Notes: generated from the letters alone by a model not told the origin. A stretch of DNA of 22,652 bases from Nitrospinota bacterium (GCA_038108555.1 JAYNIA010000034.1:7687-30338), one strand, 5' to 3'; shown: positions 1 through 9,335, numbered from the stretch's first letter. Numbers and translations are program-made.

Positions 1-28
1 ACAGGTAGCAGGAATGTATAAATAAGAA

Positions 29-604
29 ATGAAACCCAACTCCCTGAACAAAATTCAAATTTTTGTTTCACTCGCCATTACCATTTTGCTTTTCCCATCA
101 TTGGCAAAATCAGATGACATGAGTCTTTATGCTCCCCGGGAGCCTTATGTTGCGCCTCCTTATGTTCCACCCCCACCTCCCCCCTCCCGGTTGAACCTCA
201 TTGATAACGGCGATGGAACCATTACGGAAACCAAATCGAAATTGATGTGGACCAAAAAAGACAGCTATGCAGACCTGGGAAAATGTTTGAACTGGCACGA
301 TTCCAAAACTTATGTTGAAAACCTGAACACCGGCGGCCACACAGACTGGAGAATGCCCGAGGTTTGGGAGTTGGGAGAGATTTACGATAATACTGAATCC
401 AATGTCATGGCAATGGATCATGATCCGGCCCATCCCCTGGCGTTATCCGATTTATTTGCAGATGGAGCGGCTTACTGGTACTGGTCATCGGAACACGGTG
501 AATGCTGCGCCCGTACCGCTTACTTTGTTACCGGTGTGGCTTTCGTTCGCACTCTGGACAAATGCACCAATGGAGGTGTTCGAGCGGTTCGCAACCTTCC
601 TTGA
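29..604 (+). CDS. Secreted DUF1566 (Lcl C-terminal domain) protein with Pro-rich linker
   Basis: N-terminal signal peptide (..LLFPSLAKS), a PPYVPPPPPPS linker, then the family motifs DNGDGTITETKSKLMW, GHTDWRMP..EL, YWSS and C-terminal VRAVR. Confidence 0.85.
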   Translation: MKPNSLNKIQIFVSLAITILLFPSLAKSDDMSLYAPREPYVAPPYVPPPPPPSRLNLIDNGDGTITETKSKLMWTKKDSYADLGKCLNWHDSKTYVENLNTGGHTDWRMPEVWELGEIYDNTESNVMAMDHDPAHPLALSDLFADGAAYWYWSSEHGECCARTAYFVTGVAFVRTLDKCTNGGVRAVRNLP

Positions 605-613
605 AACAATCGC

Positions 614-3100
614 TCAATCCATACTATCCATCTCAACCCTCTTTTCTGCCGTTTCAGATAAAATTCCTCGAAGTTCCGGATTTTCGTCTAAGAATAGATT
701 GAAATCAGAATCTCTCAAAACAAGCAGGTCGCAATAACCCAGGGCTTTGACTGAAAAAGTTCTTGGATATTTTTTTATCAATGCTATCTCACCAAAAAAA
801 TCACCACTCCCCAGCAGAACAGGTTCCGGTTCCATCTCCACTTCCACACAACCGGAAGAAATAAAATACATGAAATGTCCGATGTCCCCCTTTTTAAAAA
901 TTACCTCACCGGGTACGGCTAACATGGGTTTTAGGAGCCTGGTAATATGGCTTAAACGCTCTTCGGGAATTTTTTGAAAAAGAGAAACACGACGCACCAG
1001 TATTTCCGGTTCCAGTTTGAGATCCAAAACAGGCCGGAGCTGGTTTTTTTGAAATCGTTCCTGTAAATCTTCTTTGAGATTTTCAAAAACCTCTCCACTT
1101 ATAACCGTTTCCCTGCGGAGCTGTTCATAGTCGGACTCTTGAATCCTCAAGGCCACGTGGTTTAAATAACGCTTCTGCAACATCAGGAAATAATCGGGGT
1201 ACTGTAGCTGCAACAACTGCAATGCTTCTCCCGTTTTTCTCAATCTTTCTTGAATCAATCCCTGGATTATTTCTCTGGCCTTTTTCCCAATAACCGGTTC
1301 CATTTTTGGCAGTGCCTGGAGCAGGTTATCTTTCATCACAGTCTGGCTTGCAAGCAGGATTCCGAATCTGTCTGCCAGGTGAATAGAAAGCATTTTGCTG
1401 TATCCAAATTTGCGGTGAAGGAAAAGTGCAAATTGAAATCGCCAATTAAATTTCAAAATTTTTTCTGAACAATTTTTGTAATCAATATTTTTGGTTTGAA
1501 GTCCGTCCTGAATATTATCAACTTGTGCCAGAAGACGGCGGATGATATAGGTTGATATATAACCTTCTTCAAACTGTTGCAGATAGCCCTCTCTCTCCAA
1601 AGCACAAATATCAAAAAGGCCAACTCGAACCCAATCGGATTCAGATAGTTCCTCCGCCCTTGCCAGCAAACTGTCTACCTTTTTTTCATCTTCTTGATAA
1701 TGTTTAAGGATATTTTCCGACAACTCAGGATTTATACCATTATCATGTGCCTTGCTTTTGAGGGAATTTTGAATTTTCGAAAAAGAATGTTTTAAAGCTC
1801 TATTACGAATAGTCTGGTCGACTGGGTCCAGTTGATCCAGTCCAAACCATTTTAAAACACCTGCAATTGTAGTAGCGTTAACCAAAAGGGTGAACAAAAC
1901 AAAGCCTGTGACTAAAACGCCAATAAACCTTTGAATTTCTAAATCAAATAAAACGTTCTCCATAACAGAAAGGGCCAGAGCCAGAGAAACCGCACCCCGA
2001 AGCCCTCCCCAGAGCATGACAACTTTGAAGGAACTTTTTATTTTTTCAATTGTAAGACCTCTTTCCAAAGTGGGAAGAACCCCAAAGAGAATCAATGCCC
2101 TTGCTCCAAAAGCAGCCAATATTAATACCGCCAGGAATAATAAATCTTCCCCGCTGATATTCCCCATTATTTTGGGAACCACCATTCCCACTAAAACAAA
2201 AATTACGGAATTGGCCCAGAAGGCGAAATGATCCCAGGATTCATGTAATTTTTCCCAGGTGACAGGAGAAAGTGTTGCATGCCCAAACGAACCGACCACT
2301 AAAGCGGCACCCACTACAGCCATAACCCCCGATATATGGAGGTAGTGCTCTGCAAGAATAAAGGAAAAATAAGCAAGCGATAAGGTGAGGGTAATTTGTA
2401 CGAGAGGATATTTCCCCATTCCTGACAAGACAGAACAAAAAATATAACCTATTAGCAGACCAACAAAAATTCCCTGAAGAAAAACTTTTAGAAAAGATTG
2501 TATGCCGGATAAAATTTCTATATTGGAATTTCCTGAAAGCATGGCAGTCAAAATTCCAAATAGAACGATTGCAGTGGCATCGTTAAAAAGACTTTCCCCC
2601 TCAACCAGCACGGACAAACGCTTTGGCGCCTGCAAATCCTTAAAAATAGCCATGACAGCAACAGGATCTGTAGCGGAAACAATGGTACCTAAAAGTAAAC
2701 AAGCGATAAGCGATACACCTGACACCCAATGAAGCACAAAACCCACTACAAAAGCTGAAATTAAAAGCCCGAGAATGGCGAGCCAAAGAATGGGACTAAT
2801 GTCATCTATCAAACGATGGGAATCAATTCCCAATGCTGCTTCAAACACCAGAACAGGTAGAAATATAAAAAGGACCGCATCTGAAGAAATGCTGAAAGAG
2901 TTTAAACTGACAAGAAAATCGCTTAAGATCCCCATGGGTGGCAGGTCGGCTCCCCATTTTCCAATGACACCGAGAAGACAACCAATCACAGCTAGCAATA
3001 CCGTGTATGGGATATTTAGTCGGTGGGCTGCCGGGTACATCAGGACAGCCAACCCGAGCAAGCCACTCAAGCCTAATACGGGCAACCAGATAGGGTCCAA
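614..3100 (-). CDS. CPA1-family (NhaP-like) Na+/H+ antiporter with long cytoplasmic tail and C-terminal cyclic-nucleotide-binding domain
   Basis: About 12 hydrophobic segments with SATDPVAV, EGESLFNDATAIV and GGLRGAVSLALAL. C-terminal GDFFGEIAL...PRTFSV is the cNMP phosphate-binding cassette. The ORF track starts at 3154, but TTG at 3100 has AGGAG (3110-3106) 5 nt upstream and is the preferred start. Confidence 0.9.
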   Translation of the reverse strand: MDPIWLPVLGLSGLLGLAVLMYPAAHRLNIPYTVLLAVIGCLLGVIGKWGADLPPMGILSDFLVSLNSFSISSDAVLFIFLPVLVFEAALGIDSHRLIDDISPILWLAILGLLISAFVVGFVLHWVSGVSLIACLLLGTIVSATDPVAVMAIFKDLQAPKRLSVLVEGESLFNDATAIVLFGILTAMLSGNSNIEILSGIQSFLKVFLQGIFVGLLIGYIFCSVLSGMGKYPLVQITLTLSLAYFSFILAEHYLHISGVMAVVGAALVVGSFGHATLSPVTWEKLHESWDHFAFWANSVIFVLVGMVVPKIMGNISGEDLLFLAVLILAAFGARALILFGVLPTLERGLTIEKIKSSFKVVMLWGGLRGAVSLALALSVMENVLFDLEIQRFIGVLVTGFVLFTLLVNATTIAGVLKWFGLDQLDPVDQTIRNRALKHSFSKIQNSLKSKAHDNGINPELSENILKHYQEDEKKVDSLLARAEELSESDWVRVGLFDICALEREGYLQQFEEGYISTYIIRRLLAQVDNIQDGLQTKNIDYKNCSEKILKFNWRFQFALFLHRKFGYSKMLSIHLADRFGILLASQTVMKDNLLQALPKMEPVIGKKAREIIQGLIQERLRKTGEALQLLQLQYPDYFLMLQKRYLNHVALRIQESDYEQLRRETVISGEVFENLKEDLQERFQKNQLRPVLDLKLEPEILVRRVSLFQKIPEERLSHITRLLKPMLAVPGEVIFKKGDIGHFMYFISSGCVEVEMEPEPVLLGSGDFFGEIALIKKYPRTFSVKALGYCDLLVLRDSDFNLFLDENPELRGILSETAEKRVEMDSMD

Positions 3101-3288
3101 GGGATCTCCTGTAACGAGGTTTACCTTACCCTTATTAAGATAGTTTTCCAACAATCGTTCGTCAACTACATATCAGTTGTAAAATAATTATTCTGGAAAG
3201 TTCAAATTTTAGGGAATATTTTTTTCCTTGTTAGTTTCTTAATTTAATCATAGATTATTAGTGTCTGATAAACTAAGGGGTTTTGCCT

Positions 3289-5055
3289 ATGGCGCAGGGA
3301 ATACGGTTTGGGGATTTCGTAAGGGAAGTCAGCCTTAAACAAAACTTTATTTCCTATAATGCGCTCACCCCTACTTTAAAGACCGACGAAAATGGTAAAG
3401 AGATCCCCTACCAACCTGCCAAGCTTCAATTACGTAGTATAGATATTTACCGGCTTTTAGGTCCTTATGTTGGAACACGCCTTGTCAGCCAGGTAAAAGC
3501 GGTTGTTCCATTGGCCGCCTACCTGTTTCTTTTCCAAATACTCATTCTTCGTCAAGGAGTCCTTGATCATTGGGTCATTTCCGCTGGATTGATCGCGGTA
3601 ATTTTAGGGCTGATGATTTTTATGGAAGGGCTGAAGCTGGGCCTGATGCCCTTTGGAGAAATTATCGGTCATACCCTTCCAAAAAAATCAAAACTTGGCG
3701 TGGTGCTGTTCATTGCTTTTTTATTAGGGATAGGAGTCACTTTTGCCGAACCCGCCATAGGAGCATTGCAGGCGGTGGGCTCAATCGTGGATGTGAAAAA
3801 AGCACCCTATCTTTTTACTTTATTGAACAACTGGACCGGGGCTTTGGTTCTAGTGGTGGGAATGGGAGTCGGACTCGCAGCGGTTTTAGGAACGTTACGT
3901 TTCCTGAATGGTTGGAGTCTGAAACCAATGATCTATTTTTCACTGATCCCCACACTTGGACTAACGATTTACTGCATGGCTGATCCTGAATTGAACAAGG
4001 TTTTGGGACTCGCCTGGGATTGTGGTGCAGTAACTACGGGTCCTGTAACCGTACCATTGGTTCTTTCCCTGGGAATTGGAATTGCCTCTGCGGCTGGTAA
4101 GGGGAATTCATCCCTGTCTGGGTTCGGAATTGTAACGCTTGCTTCGCTATTTCCAATCATCGGTGTTATGGGTCTTGCAATATATGTTTCCTCAACCGTC
4201 AGTGTAGAGTCGATAATCCAGGCTTCCCAATCCGTAGTAGCACAATCACAAATAGGGTGGTGGCAGGAAACACCCTACACAGAAATTATTGCAGGAATAC
4301 AATCCATCGTTCCACTGGTTTTATTTTTGTTCCTGGTTTTAAAGTTGCTGCTAAAGGAAAAAGTTTCTGAACCCGGTATTCTTTTTTATGGCCTATGCCT
4401 TTCCGTTCTTGGAATGATCGTATTCAATATTGGTTTGAGTTACGGCCTGGCAAAACTGGGAAGCCAATCAGGAAGTTTTGTTCCAGCAGCGTTTGCGCCC
4501 ATAGAAAATGTTGAAGGGTCTCCTTTATATGTTTATGGGGTCGGAATTTTTATTGCTGTATTCTTTGCATGGATTCTTGGTTTTGGTGCCACCCTGGCAG
4601 AACCGGCTTTGAATGCTCTGGGAAAAACCGTGGAAAATCTTACCAATGGAGCCTTTAAAAAAAGCATGCTTATGTATGCCGTTTCCATTGGAGTGGGTTT
4701 CGGGATTAGTCTTGGAGTTCTAAAAATAATTTTTGAAATTCCAATCTCTTATCTTTTGTTACCGGGTTATATTCTGGGAATCCTACTCACCTCACTTTCA
4801 TCAGAAGAATTTGTTAACGTTGCATGGGACAGCGCCGGGGTAACCACAGGACCGGTTACTGTTCCTCTGGTTTTAGCCATGGGTCTTGGCTTTGGCAATG
4901 CCGTTAACGCTATTGAAGGGTTTGGAATTTTATCTATGGCATCTATCTGCCCTATTTTGTCGGTTTTAATTACCGGTCTATGGGTTCAATTTAAAAGAAA
5001 GCAAGCGGATCGTGCTCGTGTTGAATTATTAAAAGGCCAGGAAGGAGTGGCATGA
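3289..5055 (+). CDS. Tandem DUF1538-domain integral membrane protein (putative transporter)
   Basis: Two internally homologous hydrophobic halves: GVTFAEPAIGAL / GATLAEPALNAL, AWDCGAVTTGPVTVPLVL / AWDSAGVTTGPVTVPLVL, GFGIVTLASLFPII / GFGILSMASICPIL. ATG 3289 follows AAGGGG; an alternative TTG start is at 3283. Confidence 0.85.
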   Translation: MAQGIRFGDFVREVSLKQNFISYNALTPTLKTDENGKEIPYQPAKLQLRSIDIYRLLGPYVGTRLVSQVKAVVPLAAYLFLFQILILRQGVLDHWVISAGLIAVILGLMIFMEGLKLGLMPFGEIIGHTLPKKSKLGVVLFIAFLLGIGVTFAEPAIGALQAVGSIVDVKKAPYLFTLLNNWTGALVLVVGMGVGLAAVLGTLRFLNGWSLKPMIYFSLIPTLGLTIYCMADPELNKVLGLAWDCGAVTTGPVTVPLVLSLGIGIASAAGKGNSSLSGFGIVTLASLFPIIGVMGLAIYVSSTVSVESIIQASQSVVAQSQIGWWQETPYTEIIAGIQSIVPLVLFLFLVLKLLLKEKVSEPGILFYGLCLSVLGMIVFNIGLSYGLAKLGSQSGSFVPAAFAPIENVEGSPLYVYGVGIFIAVFFAWILGFGATLAEPALNALGKTVENLTNGAFKKSMLMYAVSIGVGFGISLGVLKIIFEIPISYLLLPGYILGILLTSLSSEEFVNVAWDSAGVTTGPVTVPLVLAMGLGFGNAVNAIEGFGILSMASICPILSVLITGLWVQFKRKQADRARVELLKGQEGVA

Positions 5056-5442
5056 TACAACGAGAAATAACCGTTTTAACAGATATTGCTTTAATCACCT
5101 GTATTGTTCAACGAGGTGTTGCAGATGACATTATTCAGGCTGCCCGCGAAGCCGGGGCACAGGGGGCCACCGTTCACTTTGCCCGAGGTATGGGGATTAG
5201 GGAAAGGTTGGGGATTTTGGGGGTTTCTGTTGAAGTAAAAAAAAGAGGTTATTGAAATTGTAGTATCTAAAGAACAGGTGGAAAGAGTATTCGAACGAAT
5301 GTATTTAGCCGGTAACCTGGATACTCCAGGAATGGGAATCATGTACATCACCCCTTTGGATAAAGCGGCTACTTACATTCCTCCCGATGTTCTTGCAAAA
5401 TTTTCAACAGATGAACAAAAGCCAGAAACCAAAACTGATTAA
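5052..5442 (+). pseudogene. P-II-family (GlnB-like fold) regulator, frameshifted at an A8 homopolymer (5237-5244); may be intact in vivo
   Basis: The first frame reads LITCIVQRG..AAREAGAQGATVHFARGMG..LGVSVEV and stops at 5255. A second frame from 5245 continues EVIEIVVSKEQVERVFERMYLAGNLDTPGMGIMYITPL to TAA 5440-5442. Removing one A gives a 129-aa P-II-like protein. ATGA overlap with the DUF1538 gene. Confidence 0.85.
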
Positions 5443-5802
5443 TTGAGCGAACCGATCTTCATGGAAGAAAAAATAATTAGAAAAGAAAAACGCATCACTT
5501 GTTTTTTACCCAAAGGTGCCGGGTTAAAAATTGTTGAGATGCTCCATGTCGAAAAAAAAATTGACTCGACCAATGTTCATACGGGAAGAGGATTGAGAAC
5601 TGTCGAAAGCGTGAAAGATTATGGGGCCTGGTCTGAACAGGATATTTTAACGGTGATTGTTGATGCCGACCGAGCAAAAGAGATTTTTGATTATATTTTT
5701 TTTCAGGGAGAACTCAATAAACCTGGAGGAGGCTTTATCTTCCAAGCAGACATCCAACGCTCCACACCCTTTTATCTTCCTGAGATTGAAGAGAGCAAAT
5801 AA
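5443..5802 (+). CDS. Second, divergent P-II-like protein
   Basis: KRITCFLPKG..HTGRG..EQDILTVIVD..EIFDYIF..ELNKPGGGFIF parallels the upstream P-II-like gene. It abuts the upstream stop codon; an alternative ATG is at 5461. Confidence 0.7.
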   Translation: MSEPIFMEEKIIRKEKRITCFLPKGAGLKIVEMLHVEKKIDSTNVHTGRGLRTVESVKDYGAWSEQDILTVIVDADRAKEIFDYIFFQGELNKPGGGFIFQADIQRSTPFYLPEIEESK

Positions 5803-5814
5803 TCTGGGGTTCCA

Positions 5815-6900
5815 TTAAACGTTTTCGTTTGCATGAACCATGCGGATGGCCTTGATCATTGCATAAATTGTTTGACTGGGCTGCAAATTCAAATTCGATA
5901 ACGATTTTCGAGTGATGGTAGCAAGAAGGGGGCGGCCTGCATCCAATTCTATATCTACGGAGTAACCGGTTTTCTCTCCAATCTTTTGAACCTTGGTCTC
6001 CAGGATATTTAGCACACTGGTTAATCCCTGCGGAGGTTCCGTCGCCAAACTCACATCCTTGGAATGGATATGCACACGCAACCCTTTCCCGGGTGGAATT
6101 TTCTGAAGGGGCACACTCAATTCTTGTCCCATAAAATCCAGGCGGGTGATTCCAAACTCGGTGTCATGTTCCAGGACCGTGGTGTCAAGAACCGCCCCGG
6201 AATTTTCATCGCCTATGGCATCGCGCAATTGCAGATCGGAAAAAACTTTTTCAACCGGACCGCATTTCACCACCTTTCCATTTTTCAAAATCACCATGGT
6301 GTCGACCAATTGCAACACTTCGCTCATCGAATGGGTAACATAGATGATGGGAATGGAGAGATCCCTTTTCACTTTTTTGATAAAAGGAATAATTTCCGCT
6401 TTTCTTTTGGCATCCAACGCTGCGAGAGGCTCATCCATAAGTAGAAGTTTAGGACTGGTAAGCAAAGCCCGACCCAATGCCACCCGTTGTTTTTCTCCTC
6501 CGGATAATTTATGGACTTCTCTCTCCAGCAGATTTTCAAGGGAAAGAACCTGCACAATTTCGTCCAAATGCAACCTTCTTGAACCTTCCGGGGTTCGCTT
6601 GTATCCATACACAAGGTTATCACGAACCTTTAAATGGGGGAAAAGTCTGGAGTCTTGAAAGACCATTCCAATAGCCCGGCGGTTAACCGGAATAAATATA
6701 TTTTCATCTTCCCAAACCTGCTCGGCCAATTCCATTTTTCCAGATTTTTCCAATCCTGCCAAACAACGCAGTAAGGTGGTTTTTCCTGATCCCGAAGGCC
6801 CAAACACAACGGTAATTCCAGATGCAGGAATTTTTAAATCCACATCGAAATTAAAATCCGGGTACTCGATGCTGAACTTCGCTTTTAATAATTCAGTCAT
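5815..6900 (-). CDS. modC: Molybdate ABC transporter ATP-binding protein
   Basis: Walker A GPSGSGKT, signature LSGGEKQR, LLMDEP, YVTH, C-terminal TOBE-like region (SVLNILETKV..LLATITRKS..L.L). 4-nt overlap with modB. Confidence 0.95.
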   Translation of the reverse strand: MTELLKAKFSIEYPDFNFDVDLKIPASGITVVFGPSGSGKTTLLRCLAGLEKSGKMELAEQVWEDENIFIPVNRRAIGMVFQDSRLFPHLKVRDNLVYGYKRTPEGSRRLHLDEIVQVLSLENLLEREVHKLSGGEKQRVALGRALLTSPKLLLMDEPLAALDAKRKAEIIPFIKKVKRDLSIPIIYVTHSMSEVLQLVDTMVILKNGKVVKCGPVEKVFSDLQLRDAIGDENSGAVLDTTVLEHDTEFGITRLDFMGQELSVPLQKIPPGKGLRVHIHSKDVSLATEPPQGLTSVLNILETKVQKIGEKTGYSVDIELDAGRPLLATITRKSLSNLNLQPSQTIYAMIKAIRMVHANENV

Positions 6901-7580
6901 GAAACATGCACCGGTAATTTTTTGTTAAAGGAATAAACCATTAATAAAACCAGAAAAGAAAACGCTAACAATCCCGCAGAAAGGATATGCGCCTGGGCAA
7001 ACTCCATCACTTCCACCCGGTCATAAATTTCAATGGATATGACTTTTGTTTTTCCCGGAATATTTCCTCCGACCATTAATACGACTCCAAACTCTCCCAG
7101 GGTATGAGCAAAACCCAAAACCGTTGCCGTCAGATACCCGCGACGGCATTGAGGAAAGATGACTGAAAAAAAGGCATCCCACCTGGAGGCTCCTAACGAA
7201 GCCGCCGTTTCTAAAGGTATTTTTCCAAGAGATTCAAAATTACTTTGTAAGGGTTGAACAACAAAGGGCAGGGAATAAAGGGTCGATGCAAAAACCAACC
7301 CAGAAAAAGTGAAAGAAAGAGGCGAACCTGTTAAAGCTTGAACCGGTCCCCCTATCCATCCATTAGGGCCCAACAGGATTAACAGGTAAAACCCCAGGAC
7401 GGTAGGGGGAAGAACCAACGGTAATGCAACGACAGCCTCTACTGCCACCTTGAATTTTGCACGGCTATGGGCCAGCCACCAGGCCAAGGGGGTTCCGATA
7501 GTTATCAGAATAACCACCGTTACGGCTGCCAGTTGTAAAGTGAGCCAGACAGGCCCTAAATCGAGTGAATTTAAATTCAT
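6897..7580 (-). CDS. modB: Molybdate ABC transporter permease
   Basis: LPLVLPPTVLGFYLL, ETAASLGAS (EAA loop), FAHTLGEFGVVLMVGGNIPGKT; lies between modA and modC. Confidence 0.95.
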   Translation of the reverse strand: MNLNSLDLGPVWLTLQLAAVTVVILITIGTPLAWWLAHSRAKFKVAVEAVVALPLVLPPTVLGFYLLILLGPNGWIGGPVQALTGSPLSFTFSGLVFASTLYSLPFVVQPLQSNFESLGKIPLETAASLGASRWDAFFSVIFPQCRRGYLTATVLGFAHTLGEFGVVLMVGGNIPGKTKVISIEIYDRVEVMEFAQAHILSAGLLAFSFLVLLMVYSFNKKLPVHVS

Positions 7581-7585
7581 AAAAA

Positions 7586-8359
7586 TTATTTTTCCAGTGA
7601 ATAACCAAAACTTTCGATTAAATTTTGGATGGAATTACTTTTAAGAAATTCCAAAAATTGAAAGGCGGCTGGATTCGACTTTGCCCGTTTTAATAATATG
7701 GCCTGTTGCCGAATAGGATCGTGCCAGTCATTTGGAATAGTAAAAGTGTGTCCGCCGAGTGTCATCCGCTCATTCTTTAATTGAGAAAGTGCGATGAATC
7801 CCATATCTGCATTACCCGTAACCACAAACTGCAAGGTTTGGGAAATATTTTCTCCCCTTACCAAGCGATTTTGAAGCTTTTTCCAAAATCCTTTCTTTCT
7901 TAAAACCTGCTTAGCTGCTTTGCCATAAGGAGCCGTTTTGGGATTTGCAATTGCGAGATACCGGAAATTTTTTTGATTTAAAAACTGCAAATCGTTTTTT
8001 ATAACAAATCTGGAATCAGCACTCCACAAAGCTAACCTTCCGACCGCATAAGTGAAGCGGGTTCCCAACACTCCTATTCCTTCTTTTTCAAGAATCTCGG
8101 GACGAACGGAATCAGCAGCCAATAAAATATCAAAAGGAGCTCCCTGTTTGATTTGCGCAAATAACTTCCCCGTCGATCCGGAAATGACAACCACATCGTT
8201 TGAAGTTGATTCCTTAAAGTTCCGGGTGATTTCTTTTAAAGGCAGAAGGAAATTGGAAGCCACGGCGACACGAACTTCATTTGCACTTGCAGATGACATA
8301 TGAAAGAGGAAAAAAGACAACCCCAAACCGAAGACCCATTTACTTTTTAAACTGCCCAT
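7586..8359 (-). CDS. modA: Molybdate ABC transporter periplasmic binding protein
   Basis: VAVASNF, GSTGKLFAQIKQGAPFDI, AIANPKTAPYG, GENISQT, IRQQAILL. The start is moved from 8413 to ATG 8359, which gives a signal peptide MGSLKSKW..SSASA and has AGGGTG upstream. The longer ORF would run through the ModE-type boxes. Confidence 0.95.
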   Translation of the reverse strand: MGSLKSKWVFGLGLSFFLFHMSSASANEVRVAVASNFLLPLKEITRNFKESTSNDVVVISGSTGKLFAQIKQGAPFDILLAADSVRPEILEKEGIGVLGTRFTYAVGRLALWSADSRFVIKNDLQFLNQKNFRYLAIANPKTAPYGKAAKQVLRKKGFWKKLQNRLVRGENISQTLQFVVTGNADMGFIALSQLKNERMTLGGHTFTIPNDWHDPIRQQAILLKRAKSNPAAFQFLEFLKSNSIQNLIESFGYSLEK

Positions 8360-8371
8360 CCAACACCCTAA

Positions 8372-8424
8372 CGTTATGTTTTTTAAAATATAGCGATAAT
8401 CGTTATATATCAAAAAACATATCG
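8372..8424. promoter_or_regulatory. Two tandem ModE-type operator boxes upstream of modA
   Basis: CGTTATGT-N7-AATATAGCG (8372-8395) and CGTTATAT-N7-AACATATCG (8401-8424). Both are 24-bp dyads of the CG(T/C)TATAT..ATATA(A/G)CG type and sit immediately upstream of modA. Confidence 0.8.
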
Positions 8425-8518
8425 AATGTCAAAAAAATCAAAAAATCCGATTCGCTATCTTATTTCAAGGAAGCGGCCTAAAAATTTATGAAAAATCACA
8501 TTTTTTTGGAAAAGGAGC

Positions 8519-8545
8519 TAAAGTATTAAAGTTTTCTGCCGAAAA
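8519..8545 (+). promoter_or_regulatory. Sigma28 (FliA)-type promoter
   Basis: TAAAGTAT-N11-GCCGAAAA versus consensus TAAAGTTT-N11-GCCGATAA (7/8 and 7/8, exact spacing), 40 nt upstream of ATG 8586. Confidence 0.75.
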
Positions 8546-8585
8546 GACCCCCACGTACAGTTGCGCCAATTTTTAGGGATTTGAC

Positions 8586-9335
8586 ATGGAAGTTCAAATA
8601 ATTCAAGCCCGTCCCCAAATCGTATTCGTCGGCAACCCTGGCCGGTGCGAAGATTGTGAAGATGAGGAACGGAAAGAAGCCCTTCAAGAAGAAATAATCG
8701 AGGATAGAGTCAATCTTTCCCAGGAATCCTTAAAACTCGCCCAAAGCTCCGGTTCGGAAAATGATCTTGAGGCAGAAACCGAAGAAGAAGATTCCGGGTC
8801 TCAAGCCGTCGGTCCCAAAACCGAACAGCAACTAACAGAAGAAGAACGAAGAATTGTAAATGAACTCAAAGCCAGGGATGCAGAAGTGCGTGCACACGAG
8901 CAAGCACATGTAGCAGCGGCAGGTCCCTATGCCAATGGCGGTCCGACCTATGAATATCAAACCGGACCGGACGGACGGCAATATGCGGTAGGAGGTGAAG
9001 TATCTATAGACACTTCTCCTGTTCCGGGAAACCCTGAAGCCACCGTCCGAAAAGCACAAACCGTTAAAAGAGCTGCACTGGCACCCCGGGAACCTTCGGC
9101 ACAGGACAGGCAGGTAGCAGCACAGGCAGCACAGCTTGAAGCCCAGGCCAGAAAGGAAGTTCAAACTAAAAAAGCTGAGGAAAGAGAAGAAGCACGCGAA
9201 AAAAATAGTGAAGAAAATTCCATTTCAGAAGAAAGCAATTCTGTTGAACCTGAATCTCCATTTTCAAGACGGGTAAAAAATAATTTTTCACCCCCTACCG
9301 TTTCCCTGGGGAATTTGCTCAATATAACTTCTTAA
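8586..9335 (+). CDS. SprA-related family protein (putative HExxH metalloprotease-like)
   Basis: Conserved core [59 protein letters not shown] with acidic low-complexity flanks. Confidence 0.85.
   Translation: MEVQIIQARPQIVFVGNPGRCEDCEDEERKEALQEEIIEDRVNLSQESLKLAQSSGSENDLEAETEEEDSGSQAVGPKTEQQLTEEERRIVNELKARDAEVRAHEQAHVAAAGPYANGGPTYEYQTGPDGRQYAVGGEVSIDTSPVPGNPEATVRKAQTVKRAALAPREPSAQDRQVAAQAAQLEAQARKEVQTKKAEEREEAREKNSEENSISEESNSVEPESPFSRRVKNNFSPPTVSLGNLLNITS

Noticed and set aside
140..190. Poly-proline tract as a functional link to the DHS-like gene via EF-P/hypusine
   Set aside because: Bacterial EF-P is not known to be modified by DHS, the genes are 18 kb apart and on different sides of the att-like site, and Pro-rich linkers are common.
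110..737. Alternative ORFs 110..433(-), 402..737(+) and 502..702(+)
   Set aside because: Shadow frames overlapping a well-supported DUF1566 gene; no motifs.
5091..5351. 86-aa minus-strand ORF spanning the P-II frameshift
   Set aside because: Antisense shadow of the P-II-like coding sequence; no RBS or recognisable motif.
8453..8475. Third ModE-like site CGCTATCT..GGAAGCG
   Set aside because: Only one reasonable half-site, and the spacing is 1 bp short.
8360..8585. Moco/Wco riboswitch upstream of modA
   Set aside because: The region is AT-rich with no suitable stems; the DNA dyads explain the regulation better.
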